Source of the DNA: Terriglobia bacterium
GTDB lineage: Bacteria > Acidobacteriota > Polarisedimenticolia > Polarisedimenticolales > JAIQFR01
Assembly: GCA_963748015.1 (NCBI GenBank)
Contig: CAVVHE010000004.1
Location: 2,048,001 to 2,112,000 of the forward strand
Length of the DNA: 64,000 nt
Direction: 5' to 3'
Shown: positions 1 through 9,874 of the stretch, one piece after another
Layout: the number at the start of each line of letters is the position of its first letter
How positions within the stretch are numbered: position 1 is the first letter of the stretch
Notes under the pieces: generated by a model
What the model saw: the letters and a program-made list of their open reading frames with translations, nothing else
The model's database searches: none
What the model was told of the DNA's origin: nothing
Translations under genes and position numbers: made by a program

Positions 1-2943
1 GAGGTGGTCCAGCCGCCCCTGCGCTTCACCGACGGTCTCGACCGCCCCGAGCACCGCCCGCTGCAGCCGGGCGGTCTTCTCCGCGAAGGCGAGGACGGCG
101 GCGCGATCGGGTGCTGGGAGGCTCGCCGCTCCCAGCGGCGTCGTGTTGAAGCTCTGAGGCTCGCCGAGCGGCGTCAGCTTCCCGCCGACCCGCTTCGCCA
201 GCGAGATCCTGTAGGTGCCCGGGGCGGCCATGGGGCCGATCGGCTTGTTCTCCCAGGGGTTGTCGTCCACCACGGGCTTCAGGTCGGTCGGGGTGACGGC
301 CGCGAAGCGCAGGTCCCACGCGATCCGCTGGAACCCCTCCTTGGGGGAAGCGGTGAGCCGGCGCACGACGTTGCCCGCGGCGTCGGTCACGGTGAGGACC
401 AGGGCGGGCTCCTCCTCGCGGTCCTCCGCGCGCAGCTCGTCCCAGGAGGGATAGAAGACGTCCCCGCCCTTCTTCGCGATCTCCTTCTCCTTGTCCAGGC
501 GCTGCTTCCGGAGCGACTTGAGCTCGTCCTTGAGATAGACCGTGAAGACGGCGCCGAACGGGGGGTTCGGGGCGGTGTAGTAGGCGTCCCCCATCGAGCC
601 CTTCTCCTTGAGGCCGAGCGGCGTCGAGGGGACGTACATGTAGGCGGGGCGCACCGGGAAGAGGACCGCCTCCTTCTCGAGGAGCTCGGGGGTCGCCGTG
701 CGGAGCGGCGAGATGTCGTCGAGCACGAAGAAGCCCCGGCCGAAGGTCGCGGCGACGAGATCGTCCTCGCGCTTCTGGATCGCGAGGTCGCGAACGGCGA
801 TCGTCGGGACGCCGCCCTTGAGTTGGACCCACCGCTTGCCGCCGTCGTTGCTGAAGTACAGGCCGAACTCGGTCCCGGCGAAGAGGAGCCCGGTCCCCGC
901 GGGGTCCTCGGCCAGCGAGTAAACGGTGCCTCGCTCGGGGAGGTCTCCCGCGATCGACGTCCAGGTGCGGCCGCGGTCCGTGCTCTTCAGGACGTAGGGC
1001 TTGAAGTCGGCGTTCTTGTGGTTGTCGAACGCGGCGTACACCGTGCCGGCGTCGTGCTGGGAGGCGAGGAGGTACGACACGTAGGTGATGTCGGGAACGC
1101 CCGGGAAGCTCTCGACCTTCCGCCACGCCGTCCCGCCGTCCTCGGTAACCTGGATCAGGCCGTCGTCGGTGCCGGCGTACAGGAGCCCCTCGACCTTCGG
1201 CGACTCCGCGAGCGACACGATGTTCCCGTAGAACGAGGTGGAGGCGTTCTTGGCGACCGCGTCGACGCTCCAGACGCGTCCCATCATCTTGAGCTTGTTC
1301 CGGTCGATCTTCCGGGTGAGGTCGGGGCTGATCGCCCGCCACGAGTCGCCGCGGTCGTCGCTGCGCAGGATCTTCTGCGCGGCGAAGTAGAGGCGCGTGT
1401 GCGCGTGGGGGCTGATGAGGAGCGGCGAGTCCCAGTTGAAGCGGAGGGCGTCCTCCCCTTCTCCCGGCTGCGGCTGAATGTCCATCACCTCGCCGGTCTT
1501 CCGGTCGAACCGGCCCAGGCCCCCGTACTGCGACTCGGAGTAGACGATGTTCGGGTCCTTGGGGTCGACCCGGCTCTGGAAGCCGTCCCCTCCCACCGTG
1601 ATGAACCAGTCGGCGTTGGCGATCCCCGTGGCGGTCGCGGTGCGCGAGGGGCCGCCCATCGTGTTGTTGTCCTGCGTTCCGCCATAGACGTTGTAGAAGG
1701 GTACCGCCTCGTCGAGGGCCACGCGGTAGAACTGCGCCACCGGGAGGTTCGCGATGAAGCCCCACGTCGCCCCGCGGTCGAAGGTCTCGTAGATGCCGCC
1801 GTCGCACCCCGCGATGAGGTGGTCGGTGTCGTCCGGATCGATCCAGAGCGCGTGGTTGTCCACGTGCTTGTACTTCTCCCCGACCTTGCGGAACGTCTTC
1901 CCGCCGTCCTCGGTCACCTGCATCCAGGTGTCCATCGAGTAGACCCGGTCGAGGGCCTTGGGGTCGGCGAAGAGCTCCTGGTAGTACTGGGCGCTGCCGG
2001 ACACCGTGCTCGACATCTTGCTCCAGCTGCCGCCCGCGTCTCTCGAGCGGAAGAAGCCGCCGGCCTTGTTCGCGGCCTCGATCGTCGCGTAGACCACGTC
2101 GGGGTCGACCGGCGAAACCGCCAGGCCGATGCGCCCGATGTCTTCCTTCGGCAGCCCGGCCTCGAGCTTCCGCCAGGTCGCCCCGGCGTCGGTGGACTTG
2201 TGGATCGCCGACTCGGGGCCGCCGTTGATCAGCGCCCACACGTGGCGGCGCCTCTGGTACGACGCCGCGTAGAGGACGTCGGGGTCCCGCGGGTCCATGA
2301 CCACGTCGGTCACGCCGGTGTTCTCGGAGATCTCGAGGACCTTCTTCCAGGTCTTGCCGTTGTCGGTCGTCTTGTAGAGGCCACGGTCGCCGCCGGGGGC
2401 CCAGAGCGGCCCCTGCGCCGCCACGTACACGACCCCCGCGGTGCGCGGGTCGAAGAGGATCTTGGCGATGTGCTCCGAGGCCTTGAGGCCGACGTTCTCC
2501 CAGGTCAGGCCGCCGTCGAGCGAGCGGTAGACCCCGTCGCCGTACGCCACGCTCCGCTGGCTGTTGTTCTCGCCGGTCCCGACCCACACCGTGAGCGGGT
2601 TCCTGGGATCGAGCGCCACGCACCCGATCGAGTACGACCCCTGCGCGTCGAAGATCGGGGTCCACGTCGTCCCCGCGTTGGTCGTCTTCCACACGCCTCC
2701 CGAGGCGACGGCCGCGTACCAGGTGCTCCGCCTCGTCGGGTGGATCGCGAGGTCGCCGATCCGCCCGGACATCATGGCCGGGCCGATCTCGCGGAGTGCA
2801 AGACCCGAGAACGTCTCGGCGCTCATCTTGGTCTTGGGCTTCGCGGGAGCGTCCTTTCCGGAGGTTTCCTTGGCGGGGGCCGCGAGCGCGGCCGTGGCGG
2901 CGAGGGACAGCAGGAAGGCGACGGCTGCGAGAGCACGCTTCAT
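1..2943 (-). CDS. Secreted VPS10/sortilin-like (BNR/Asp-box) beta-propeller glycosyl hydrolase-like protein, runs off the window start
   Basis: Manual translation from ATG 2943 gives MKRALAAVAFLLSLAATAALA (signal peptide), then REIGPAMMSGRIGDLAIHP and repeated S/T-x-D-x-G-x-T/S-W Asp boxes. Absent from the ORF track because it has no stop in the window. Confidence 0.88.
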   Translation of the reverse strand, partial: MKRALAAVAFLLSLAATAALAAPAKETSGKDAPAKPKTKMSAETFSGLALREIGPAMMSGRIGDLAIHPTRRSTWYAAVASGGVWKTTNAGTTWTPIFDAQGSYSIGCVALDPRNPLTVWVGTGENNSQRSVAYGDGVYRSLDGGLTWENVGLKASEHIAKILFDPRTAGVVYVAAQGPLWAPGGDRGLYKTTDNGKTWKKVLEISENTGVTDVVMDPRDPDVLYAASYQRRRHVWALINGGPESAIHKSTDAGATWRKLEAGLPKEDIGRIGLAVSPVDPDVVYATIEAANKAGGFFRSRDAGGSWSKMSSTVSGSAQYYQELFADPKALDRVYSMDTWMQVTEDGGKTFRKVGEKYKHVDNHALWIDPDDTDHLIAGCDGGIYETFDRGATWGFIANLPVAQFYRVALDEAVPFYNVYGGTQDNNTMGGPSRTATATGIANADWFITVGGDGFQSRVDPKDPNIVYSESQYGGLGRFDRKTGEVMDIQPQPGEGEDALRFNWDSPLLISPHAHTRLYFAAQKILRSDDRGDSWRAISPDLTRKIDRNKLKMMGRVWSVDAVAKNASTSFYGNIVSLAESPKVEGLLYAGTDDGLIQVTEDGGTAWRKVESFPGVPDITYVSYLLASQHDAGTVYAAFDNHKNADFKPYVLKSTDRGRTWTSIAGDLPERGTVYSLAEDPAGTGLLFAGTEFGLYFSNDGGKRWVQLKGGVPTIAVRDLAIQKREDDLVAATFGRGFFVLDDISPLRTATPELLEKEAVLFPVRPAYMYVPSTPLGLKEKGSMGDAYYTAPNPPFGAVFTVYLKDELKSLRKQRLDKEKEIAKKGGDVFYPSWDELRAEDREEEPALVLTVTDAAGNVVRRLTASPKEGFQRIAWDLRFAAVTPTDLKPVVDDNPWENKPIGPMAAPGTYRISLAKRVGGKLTPLGEPQSFNTTPLGAASLPAPDRAAVLAFAEKTARLQRAVLGAVETVGEAQGRLDHL

Positions 2944-3062
2944 GGGATCCTCTTCTCGGCGGGCAATCTCCGCCGGTGGCTGAAGAGACTACAACCGACG
3001 CGAGGCGAATTGAAGGGCGGCGCTCGCGGCGAGCGAGTTTTCCTTTTCCCACCCTTTTTCTC

Positions 3063-3091
3063 TTGACATCGGCGCCGCGTCAAGGTAATTA
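3063..3091 (+). promoter_or_regulatory. Candidate sigma70 promoter TTGACA-N17-TAATTA for the serine protease gene
   Basis: Perfect -35, 17-bp spacer, weak -10; AAGGAGG RBS before ATG 3181. Confidence 0.45.
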
Positions 3092-3180
3092 CCCCCGATC
3101 ATGAGGGGAAGGCGAGTAGGGTTCTTCCCGCCGGCTCCGCGAGCCGGCGCGTCCGTCCACACCCTGAAGGAGGGATCCCG

Positions 3181-4257
3181 ATGAAGAGGTCCGCACTGCG
3201 TTCCACCTTCTGGATTCTGCCGATCGTCGTGGCGCTGGCCGTGCTTCCCGTGCTCGCCGACGCCGCGCACACCGCCAAGCAGACCCCGCCGGTCAAGATG
3301 GGCACCTCCGGCGGCAGCTCGGCCGACAAGAGCACGCTCTACTGCTGCGGGGGCACGCTGGGTGCAGCCGTGCTCTACGACGGCAGATTGAGCATCCTCA
3401 GCAACAATCACGTCCTAGCTCGCTCGGGCCTCGCGAAGGCGGGAGAGACTACCATTCAGCCGGCGCTCATCGACAACAACTGCAGCTCGACCGGGTTGAA
3501 CTCCGTCGGCGCCTTCGCGGGCAATCTCGTTCCTCTCGGCAGGAACGTGGACGCCGCGATCTCGTTTGCGAACACCGGGATGGTGGATTCCACCGGCGCG
3601 ATCATCGACATCGGGGTGCCCTGCAACACCGTGCAGGCGCCGACCGTCGGCCTCTCGGTGAAGAAGAGCGGACGAACCACGGGGACCACGACGGGGACCG
3701 TCCAGGCGATCAACAGCACGGTGACCGTTCAGTACCAGAAGGGGTGCGGGACCGGGAAGAAGTTCACGCAGACCTACACCAACCAGATCACGATCACGGG
3801 CACCGGGGGCTCCTTCAGCGCCGGCGGCGATTCCGGCTCGCTGATCGTCTCGAACGACGGGACCCCGAACCCGGTGGGGCTGCTGTTCGCCGGGAACACC
3901 ACGACGACGATCGGAAACAGGATCTCCGACGTGGTCGCGCAGTTCCAGTCCGGCGGGCACACCTTCTCGTTCGTCGGTAACACTTGCGCGGCGGCCGCGT
4001 TCAAGGAGCGCCCGCTGAACCCGCCCGATGCCGAGCTCGAGTACGTCACGAAGATCAAGGAGGCGAACGAGGCCGCCCTGTTCGCCCATCCCGGCGTCAT
4101 CGGCGTCGGCGTCGGCCAGGCGGACGACGATGCGTTCCGGGCGGTCATGGTCATCTACGTGGACAGCGGCCGGCACATGCGCCCCCATGGGCTTCCGACC
4201 GAGATCGACGGGATCCCGGTGAAGGTAGTCCCGACCGAGCCGTTCGTCGCTTACTGA
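3181..4257 (+). CDS. Secreted trypsin-like (S1/NAL1-like) serine protease
   Basis: Signal peptide; triad motifs SNNHV, VDAA and GDSGS; KKSGRTTGTTTG motif; strong RBS. Confidence 0.85.
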   Translation: MKRSALRSTFWILPIVVALAVLPVLADAAHTAKQTPPVKMGTSGGSSADKSTLYCCGGTLGAAVLYDGRLSILSNNHVLARSGLAKAGETTIQPALIDNNCSSTGLNSVGAFAGNLVPLGRNVDAAISFANTGMVDSTGAIIDIGVPCNTVQAPTVGLSVKKSGRTTGTTTGTVQAINSTVTVQYQKGCGTGKKFTQTYTNQITITGTGGSFSAGGDSGSLIVSNDGTPNPVGLLFAGNTTTTIGNRISDVVAQFQSGGHTFSFVGNTCAAAAFKERPLNPPDAELEYVTKIKEANEAALFAHPGVIGVGVGQADDDAFRAVMVIYVDSGRHMRPHGLPTEIDGIPVKVVPTEPFVAY

Positions 4258-4272
4258 TTCATTTCCCTTAGT

Positions 4273-4305
4273 CCGCCGGGCGCTCCTCGACGGGGCGCCC
4301 GGCGG
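4273..4305 (+). terminator. GC-rich hairpin after the protease gene
   Basis: CCGCCGGGCGC...GCGCCCGGCGG inverted repeat; no clear U-tract. Confidence 0.4.
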
Positions 4306-4378
4306 CCTCCATCCCGTCCGGCCCCCGCCGCCCCCATCCCTTTCGCGCGAGAGCGTGGGGTTGTTGCATAATCCCCGC

Positions 4379-5149
4379 GTGCCGAACCAGCCCTGGCAGT
4401 TTCCCCTGATCCTGCTCGCCGCCTTTGCCGCGGGGATGGTGAACTCCGTCGCGGGGGGCGGGACCCTCCTCTCGTTCCCGGCGCTGGTCTGGGCGGGTCG
4501 CGATCCGCTCCTCGCCAACGCCACGAACACGATCGCCCTGTGGCCCGGCTCGCTGGGCGGGCTGTGGGGCTACCGGCGCGAGGTCTCGGGGAGCGGCCGG
4601 TTCGCGGCGGCGCTGCTCGGCCCCTCGATCCTCGGCGGGATCCTGGGAGCGATCCTGCTGCTCCGGACGCCGTCCAGGACCTTCGCCGACCTGGTGCCCT
4701 GGCTGATCCTGCTGGCCACGGTACTGCTCGCCGTCCAGGAGCCGGCCTCGCGCCTCGCGGCGAAGCTCGGGGCGGACCGGCGCGGCCCCGCATGGTGGGC
4801 CGGCGCGATCGGATTCCAGTTCCTGGTCGGGCTCTACGGCGGCTACTTCGGCGCGGGGATCGGGATCCTCATGCTCGCCGCGCTGGGCCTCCTCGGGCTC
4901 ACCGACATCCACCAGATGAACGGTCTCAAGAACTTCCTGGCCTTCTCGATCAACGCCACCGCGGCGCTGTACTTCGCCGCGCGCGGCGCGGTGCTGTGGA
5001 GCGACGGGCTGCCGATGGCGGCTGCCGCGATTTGCGGCGGGCTGACCGGGGCCGCGCTCGCGCGGAAGCTGGGCCGGAGGGCGGTCAGGCGCGCGGTGGT
5101 GGGCATCGGCCTGCTCATGGCGCTCTCCCTCTTCATGAAACGGATCTGA
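4379..5149 (+). CDS. TauE/SafE family (TSUP) membrane transporter
   Basis: NSVAGGGTLLSFPAL and YGGYFGAGIG motifs; many TM helices. GTG 4379 chosen because CATAAT lies 6 nt upstream (leaderless). Confidence 0.88.
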   Translation: MPNQPWQFPLILLAAFAAGMVNSVAGGGTLLSFPALVWAGRDPLLANATNTIALWPGSLGGLWGYRREVSGSGRFAAALLGPSILGGILGAILLLRTPSRTFADLVPWLILLATVLLAVQEPASRLAAKLGADRRGPAWWAGAIGFQFLVGLYGGYFGAGIGILMLAALGLLGLTDIHQMNGLKNFLAFSINATAALYFAARGAVLWSDGLPMAAAAICGGLTGAALARKLGRRAVRRAVVGIGLLMALSLFMKRI

Positions 5150-5175
5150 AGGGACGATCGTTGGCGGAGCGGCAA

Positions 5176-6588
5176 ATGGAGCGTTACGACGTCGTGATCC
5201 TCGGGGGCGGGCCGGCCGGCGAGCGGGCGGCCATCACGGCCGCGCGGATCGGCAAGCGCGTGGTATTGATCGAGCGCGAGCACGTCGTCGGCGGCACGTG
5301 CATCAACTGGGGGACGATCCCGAGCAAGACGCTCCGCGAGAGCGCCCTGTTCGTGTTGTCCATCACGAGGCACAAGGTCGAGGGGATCCGGACGGAGATC
5401 GCCGACCGGATCACGGTCCAGGACTTCATGTACCGCGAGCGGCTCGTGGTCCAGCGCGAGCTCGAGCTCGTGAACAAGACCCTCGACAAGTACCAGGTGG
5501 AGGTCGTCAAGGGGCATGGGAGCTTCCTGGACGAGCACACCGTGTCGGTGGCCGGCCCCGACGCGAAGGAGCTCGCGCGCGTCGCCGGGGACGTGATCGT
5601 GATCGCCACGGGGTCGATCCCCAACCGCCCGGGGAGCGTCCCCTTCGACCACGAGACGGTCTTCGACAGCAACACGATCCTTCAACTTCCCAGGATGCCG
5701 CGCACGATGATCGTGCTGGGCGCGGGGGTGATCGGGGTCGAGTACGCGTCGATCTTCGCGGCGCTGGGCGTCCGCATCGTCCTGGTGGACACGCGCGAGC
5801 AGCTCCTCCCCTACCTCGACCGGGAGATCGTCGAGATCCTCCAGCGAGAGCTAGCGCATCTCGGCGTCGAGTTCGTGCAGGGAGACACCGGCGAGCGTAT
5901 CGAGAGGATCGAGGGGGAGCCGCCGCGGGTCCGCTGCCGGACCCGCTCGGGACGCATCCTCGAGGCCGACGTGATGCTCTACGCGATCGGGCGCGACGGG
6001 GCGACCCGGAGCCTCGGGCTCGAGAACGTTGGGATCGAGTCCAGCCCGCGCGGCCTGATCGAGGTCAACGAGTGGTACCAGACGCGACACGCGCACATCT
6101 ACGCGGTCGGGGACGTCATCGGCTACCCGGCGCTGGCGAGCACCTCGATGGAGCAGGGACGCCAGGCGATCCGTCACGCGTTCGACGCTCCCGGGCCTCG
6201 CGGGCGGACGACCGTCCTGCCGTTCGCGCTGTACTCGATCCCCGAGGTGAGCTACATCGGCGAGTCCGAGAAGGGCCTGCTCGAGAAGGGCACCGACTTC
6301 GTCGTCGGCCGGGCACTCTACGAGTTCAACCCGCGCGGCCAGATCTCGGGGGACACCGAGGGCTTGCTCAAGCTCCTCTTCGAGACGGAGTCCGGGCGAC
6401 TTCTCGGCGCGCACCTCGTCGGACACGGAGCGAGCGAGCTGATCCACGTCGGGCAGGCGTATCTCAACTCCGGCGCCGACGCCTCGACGATCGCCGAGAC
6501 GCTCTACAACTACCCGACGCTTTCGGACCTCTACCGGCACGCGGCGCTCGAGGGGCTCGCCGCCAGGCGGCGCAAGCTAGCGCGCTGA
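5176..6588 (+). CDS. sthA: Soluble pyridine nucleotide transhydrogenase (Si-specific NAD(P)+ transhydrogenase)
   Basis: GGGPAG FAD fold; GGTCINWGTIPSKTLRE with a single Cys, as in Sth; GAGVIGVEY; C-terminal NYPTLSDLY. Confidence 0.88.
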   Translation: MERYDVVILGGGPAGERAAITAARIGKRVVLIEREHVVGGTCINWGTIPSKTLRESALFVLSITRHKVEGIRTEIADRITVQDFMYRERLVVQRELELVNKTLDKYQVEVVKGHGSFLDEHTVSVAGPDAKELARVAGDVIVIATGSIPNRPGSVPFDHETVFDSNTILQLPRMPRTMIVLGAGVIGVEYASIFAALGVRIVLVDTREQLLPYLDREIVEILQRELAHLGVEFVQGDTGERIERIEGEPPRVRCRTRSGRILEADVMLYAIGRDGATRSLGLENVGIESSPRGLIEVNEWYQTRHAHIYAVGDVIGYPALASTSMEQGRQAIRHAFDAPGPRGRTTVLPFALYSIPEVSYIGESEKGLLEKGTDFVVGRALYEFNPRGQISGDTEGLLKLLFETESGRLLGAHLVGHGASELIHVGQAYLNSGADASTIAETLYNYPTLSDLYRHAALEGLAARRRKLAR

Positions 6589-6598
6589 TTCCGGGGCG

Positions 6599-7744
6599 CT
6601 ACTTCGGCGCGGCCTTGGCCGGCTCGGCGGCGGCGGCCGCGGGTACCTCGGGCTGGGCGCTCTTCGGCGGCGCGCTCTTCGACTCCGCCGGGGCCCGCTT
6701 CCCCGTCTCCCTCTTCGTGAATCCCGCGGGAGGGTCGAACGCGCCCGGCGGCGCGGGAGTCGCGGTCACCGATTGGGTCTCGGTGCTCAGGCCGAAGATC
6801 GCGCGCCGGGCGGGGGGAGCGGCGTCCCCTTCCGGGACCGGCTGGGACGCTCCTGGCGTCCTGGCGGACCTCCCCTTCTCTCCGTCCCGCGTCCCCCCGA
6901 GCCCCGCCGGCCCGTCGGCCGCCGCGCCCCTCCGGGCGCGGAAGGCAGGCAGGCCGCAGCTCCCCTCGCTCTCCACCGTGAGACGGGAGCGCACCGGGAA
7001 TCCCTGCTGTTTCGACAGCTCCTTGTAGACCGCGGCGAAACCGCCGGAGAGGTGCGACATCATCCCCTTGGACGCCTCGGCCGCGGCCGACAGCTCTCGC
7101 GGGTCCGTTCCCACGGCCTCCGCCAGCTTCCGGTAGAACGCCTGGACCTCGCGGAGCTGGGGCGTTACCGGGGTGGCCCAGTAATCGAGCTGGTAGTGAT
7201 TCGTGCAGGCCTGCTTGGCCTCCTCGTTGCGGCAGGCCTGCGTGCCCTCGAGGACGACCTCCTCGGCCGGGAAGCCGTTCACGTCCTGCTTCTGTCCCGT
7301 GCGCCGCGCACCGACCTTGACCGGATCGCACTGGAGGGACGGCCGCTTCATTTGCGCCTCGGCCGGGCGCCCCTGCGGCACGGCCCTCGACATGGCCGGC
7401 AGCAGGTCCTGCGCGGACTCGAGAGGCAGCTCGGCGTAGCTCTTGGCGCGTGGGTTCACCTGGTAGACGACGCGGCGGTCGAGCCGGGTGATGGCGGCGG
7501 TCGTCGATCCCCCCTCTCCGGCGAAGCGCTTCATGAGCTTGCCGGTCAGCCTCGTGGTGGTCTCCCGCCGCATCTTGTCGCCGGAGACGACGATCGTGGT
7601 GGTCCCCTCGCTGGCCAGGCGTCCCGTCTCGCCGAGCCCGTCGAAGACTGTCTTTTCCTTCACGGTCACGTCGGCCCGCGCGCCGCCCACCGCCAGCGCC
7701 GCTCCCACGGCCAGGGCCACGACACCTCGACTCGTCATCCTCAT
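6599..7744 (-). CDS. Secreted hypothetical protein (DUF4412-like beta-rich)
   Basis: Signal peptide ending ARA-D; ITRLDRRVVYQVNPRAKSYAEL segment; GGAGG RBS; GC3-biased frame. Confidence 0.65.
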   Translation of the reverse strand: MRMTSRGVVALAVGAALAVGGARADVTVKEKTVFDGLGETGRLASEGTTTIVVSGDKMRRETTTRLTGKLMKRFAGEGGSTTAAITRLDRRVVYQVNPRAKSYAELPLESAQDLLPAMSRAVPQGRPAEAQMKRPSLQCDPVKVGARRTGQKQDVNGFPAEEVVLEGTQACRNEEAKQACTNHYQLDYWATPVTPQLREVQAFYRKLAEAVGTDPRELSAAAEASKGMMSHLSGGFAAVYKELSKQQGFPVRSRLTVESEGSCGLPAFRARRGAAADGPAGLGGTRDGEKGRSARTPGASQPVPEGDAAPPARRAIFGLSTETQSVTATPAPPGAFDPPAGFTKRETGKRAPAESKSAPPKSAQPEVPAAAAAEPAKAAPK

Positions 7745-7823
7745 CGCGATCCTCCTCGGCCCCATCCGCGCCCGGCGGGCTCGGGACCATCGAGGCTAGG
7801 ACGCGGACCTCTCCCCGTCAAGG

Positions 7824-7850
7824 GAACTTCGGGCCTCCCCTCCGGTCCAA
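7824..7850 (+). promoter_or_regulatory. ECF sigma (RpoE/AlgU-type) promoter GAACTT-N16-TCCAA
   Basis: GAACTT at 7824-7829, 16-nt spacer, TCCAA at 7846-7850, 40 nt before ATG 7890. Confidence 0.6.
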
Positions 7851-7889
7851 CCCGGTGAGCCCGAACGACGGGCAAGAGGAGCGAACGCC

Positions 7890-8789
7890 ATGACGATCAT
7901 GAAACTCCGGCGGATCGATACGGGCACTTTCTTGGTAGCGCTCGCGGCCGCCATCGTGGCCGCGGCATCAAGCGGACCCGCGCTCGCGGTCGAGAGCGGC
8001 GCCTTCTCGATGGACGTCCTCGTGGACGGCCGTCCCCTGGTCGAGTACGCCGCTCGCGGCACGGCCTACGTCGAGGCGCTGAAGGGACGCGAGTTCGCGA
8101 TTCGGCTCCGAAACCGGACCGGCGGGCGGATCGGGGTCGCGCTGTCGGTGGACGGGCTGAACTCGATCGACGCTCGCTCCTCCTCGGCACGCGACGCGAG
8201 GAAGTGGATCCTCGACCCGTACGAGACCGTGACGATCGCCGGCTGGCAGACCGGGTCCGGCACCGCCCGGCGCTTCTTCTTCACCACCGAGGATCGCTCC
8301 TACGGCGCGTGGCTCGGGAAGACCGGGAACCTTGGAGTGATCGCCGCATCGGTGTTCCGGGAGAAGCGTCCCGCGCCCGCGCCCTGGTCGCTGGGCGGGC
8401 GTCCGTCGCCGCCGTACCTGACGGTCCCCGCGGAACCGTCCGCGGAAGTGCTCGCCGAATCGCCGGCGGCCAACGCGCCGAACCCGGCCGACGGCGCGAC
8501 GGCCGGAGATGCCGCCCCGTTGCGGTCCAAGGCGGAAAGCAAGCGCGCGGCCAGGGACGAGTACGCCGCCACCGGCATCGGGAGGGAAACGAGCCACCCC
8601 GTCGTGGCGGTGGAATTCGACCCGGAAGATGCGCCGTGCGTCGAGCTGCGGGTCCGGTACGAGTACCGCGACGCGCTGGCCCGTCTCGGCGTCCTGCCCG
8701 CGCCGCGGCCCGTGGACGATCCTTTGGCCCGCCGGGAGCACGCCAGGGGGTTCCAGGAGCCCGGGTTCGCCCCCGACCCGTACCGTTGA
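7890..8789 (+). CDS. Secreted conserved hypothetical protein
   Basis: Signal peptide; NRTGGRIGVALSVDGLN...IAGW...FFFT...SYG...NLGVIAASVFRE resembles a widespread uncharacterised family; GAGGAG RBS. Confidence 0.75.
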   Translation: MTIMKLRRIDTGTFLVALAAAIVAAASSGPALAVESGAFSMDVLVDGRPLVEYAARGTAYVEALKGREFAIRLRNRTGGRIGVALSVDGLNSIDARSSSARDARKWILDPYETVTIAGWQTGSGTARRFFFTTEDRSYGAWLGKTGNLGVIAASVFREKRPAPAPWSLGGRPSPPYLTVPAEPSAEVLAESPAANAPNPADGATAGDAAPLRSKAESKRAARDEYAATGIGRETSHPVVAVEFDPEDAPCVELRVRYEYRDALARLGVLPAPRPVDDPLARREHARGFQEPGFAPDPYR

Positions 8790-8793
8790 CGAT

Positions 8794-8819
8794 GCGGCCC
8801 GCGCGGGAGCGCGGGCCGC
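8794..8819. terminator. Hairpin between convergent genes
   Basis: Perfect 11-bp stem GCGGCCCGCGC/GCGCGGGCCGC with a GGGA loop. Confidence 0.55.
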
Positions 8820-8825
8820 TCCCGC

Positions 8826-9557
8826 CTACTTCTTCTCGGGCGTCGGGGCCGCCGGCGCCGGGGCCTCGGCCTTCACGATCTCGAGCATCTCCACCTCGAA
8901 AACGAGGGTCGCGCCCGGCTTGATCTGTCCGCGGCCCTGGTCACCGTAGGCGATGTCCGACGGGCAGACCAGCTTGGCCTTGCCGCCGACCTTCATCAGC
9001 TGGAGCCCTTCGGTCCAGCACGGGATGACGCCGTTCAGCGCGAACACCGCCGGCTCGTTCTTCTTGTACGAGCTGTCGAACTCCGTCTTCTCGTCGATGA
9101 AGGTCCCCTTGTAGTGGACCTTCACCCGGTCCGTCGCCTTGGGTTTTTCGCCGGTGCCCGGCTTGGTCTCGAGGTAGACGGCGCCGTTGGGCATCTTCAC
9201 CGCCCCCTTCTCGGCGGCGAACTTGTCGGCGTAGGCCTGGCCGGCCTTCTTCTCGCTCGCCGCGAGAGCGCCGGCGCGGGCCTTCGCCAGCTCATCGATC
9301 TTGGGGCCGTAGGTCGCGAGCTCCACCTTCGGCTCGGCGCCGAGGACGCCGTCCGAAAACCCCGCCTTCACGAACTCCAGGTCGGCGGCGGAGAGGTTGA
9401 GGGGCGCGACGCGATTGCTCAGCCAGATGCCGAGGGCGTACAGGGTCTTCTGCTCGTCGGTCTCGAGCTTGGGTCCGGCGGCCGGGGCCTGGGCCTGGGC
9501 GCAGGCCGGTCCGGCGAGAAAGAGCGCGGTGACGAGGAACGCGGCGATGAGCTTCAT
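8826..9557 (-). CDS. FKBP-type peptidyl-prolyl isomerase (Mip/FkpA-like, with N-terminal dimerisation domain)
   Basis: Signal peptide; VKVHYKGT, FDSS, VIPCWTEGLQLM, IAYG and TLVFEVE motifs; AAGGAG RBS. Confidence 0.93.
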   Translation of the reverse strand: MKLIAAFLVTALFLAGPACAQAQAPAAGPKLETDEQKTLYALGIWLSNRVAPLNLSAADLEFVKAGFSDGVLGAEPKVELATYGPKIDELAKARAGALAASEKKAGQAYADKFAAEKGAVKMPNGAVYLETKPGTGEKPKATDRVKVHYKGTFIDEKTEFDSSYKKNEPAVFALNGVIPCWTEGLQLMKVGGKAKLVCPSDIAYGDQGRGQIKPGATLVFEVEMLEIVKAEAPAPAAPTPEKK

Positions 9558-9874
9558 GAATCCTGCTCCTTGAGGGGCGAATCTCCGCGCCATGGGTCGA
9601 TGCACCCGAGGAGGAACGGAGGTCCGCAAACGGTGGGGCACTATATCAGATCGGCTTTGGACGAAAGGGAGTGGCCTCCATGGTGGACGCGAGATTGTGG
9701 GATCGTGAGCCGTCGCGGTCGAGAGGCTGGAAAAGGACCGATTCCGCGTCCCGGGGGGGGGCGGGCGTCCGCGGGGGGTGTCTTTTCGCGAAGGACCGGC
9801 TCGCCTCCGGGCTTCCCACAATCTCGCGGCCACCATGGGGTTTTCTGGCATCATGGCGGGCACGGAGGGCGCAC

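Noticed and set aside
4..3066. 1020-aa plus-strand ORF and 1008-aa minus-strand ORF
   Set aside because: Shadow frames of the real minus-strand VPS10-like gene (ATG 2943); Arg/Gly-rich with no motifs.
3063..3083. TTGAC-N11-GTCAA as a third FNR-like box
   Set aside because: Spacer of 11 is incompatible with Crp/Fnr geometry; the left half is better explained as a -35 element.
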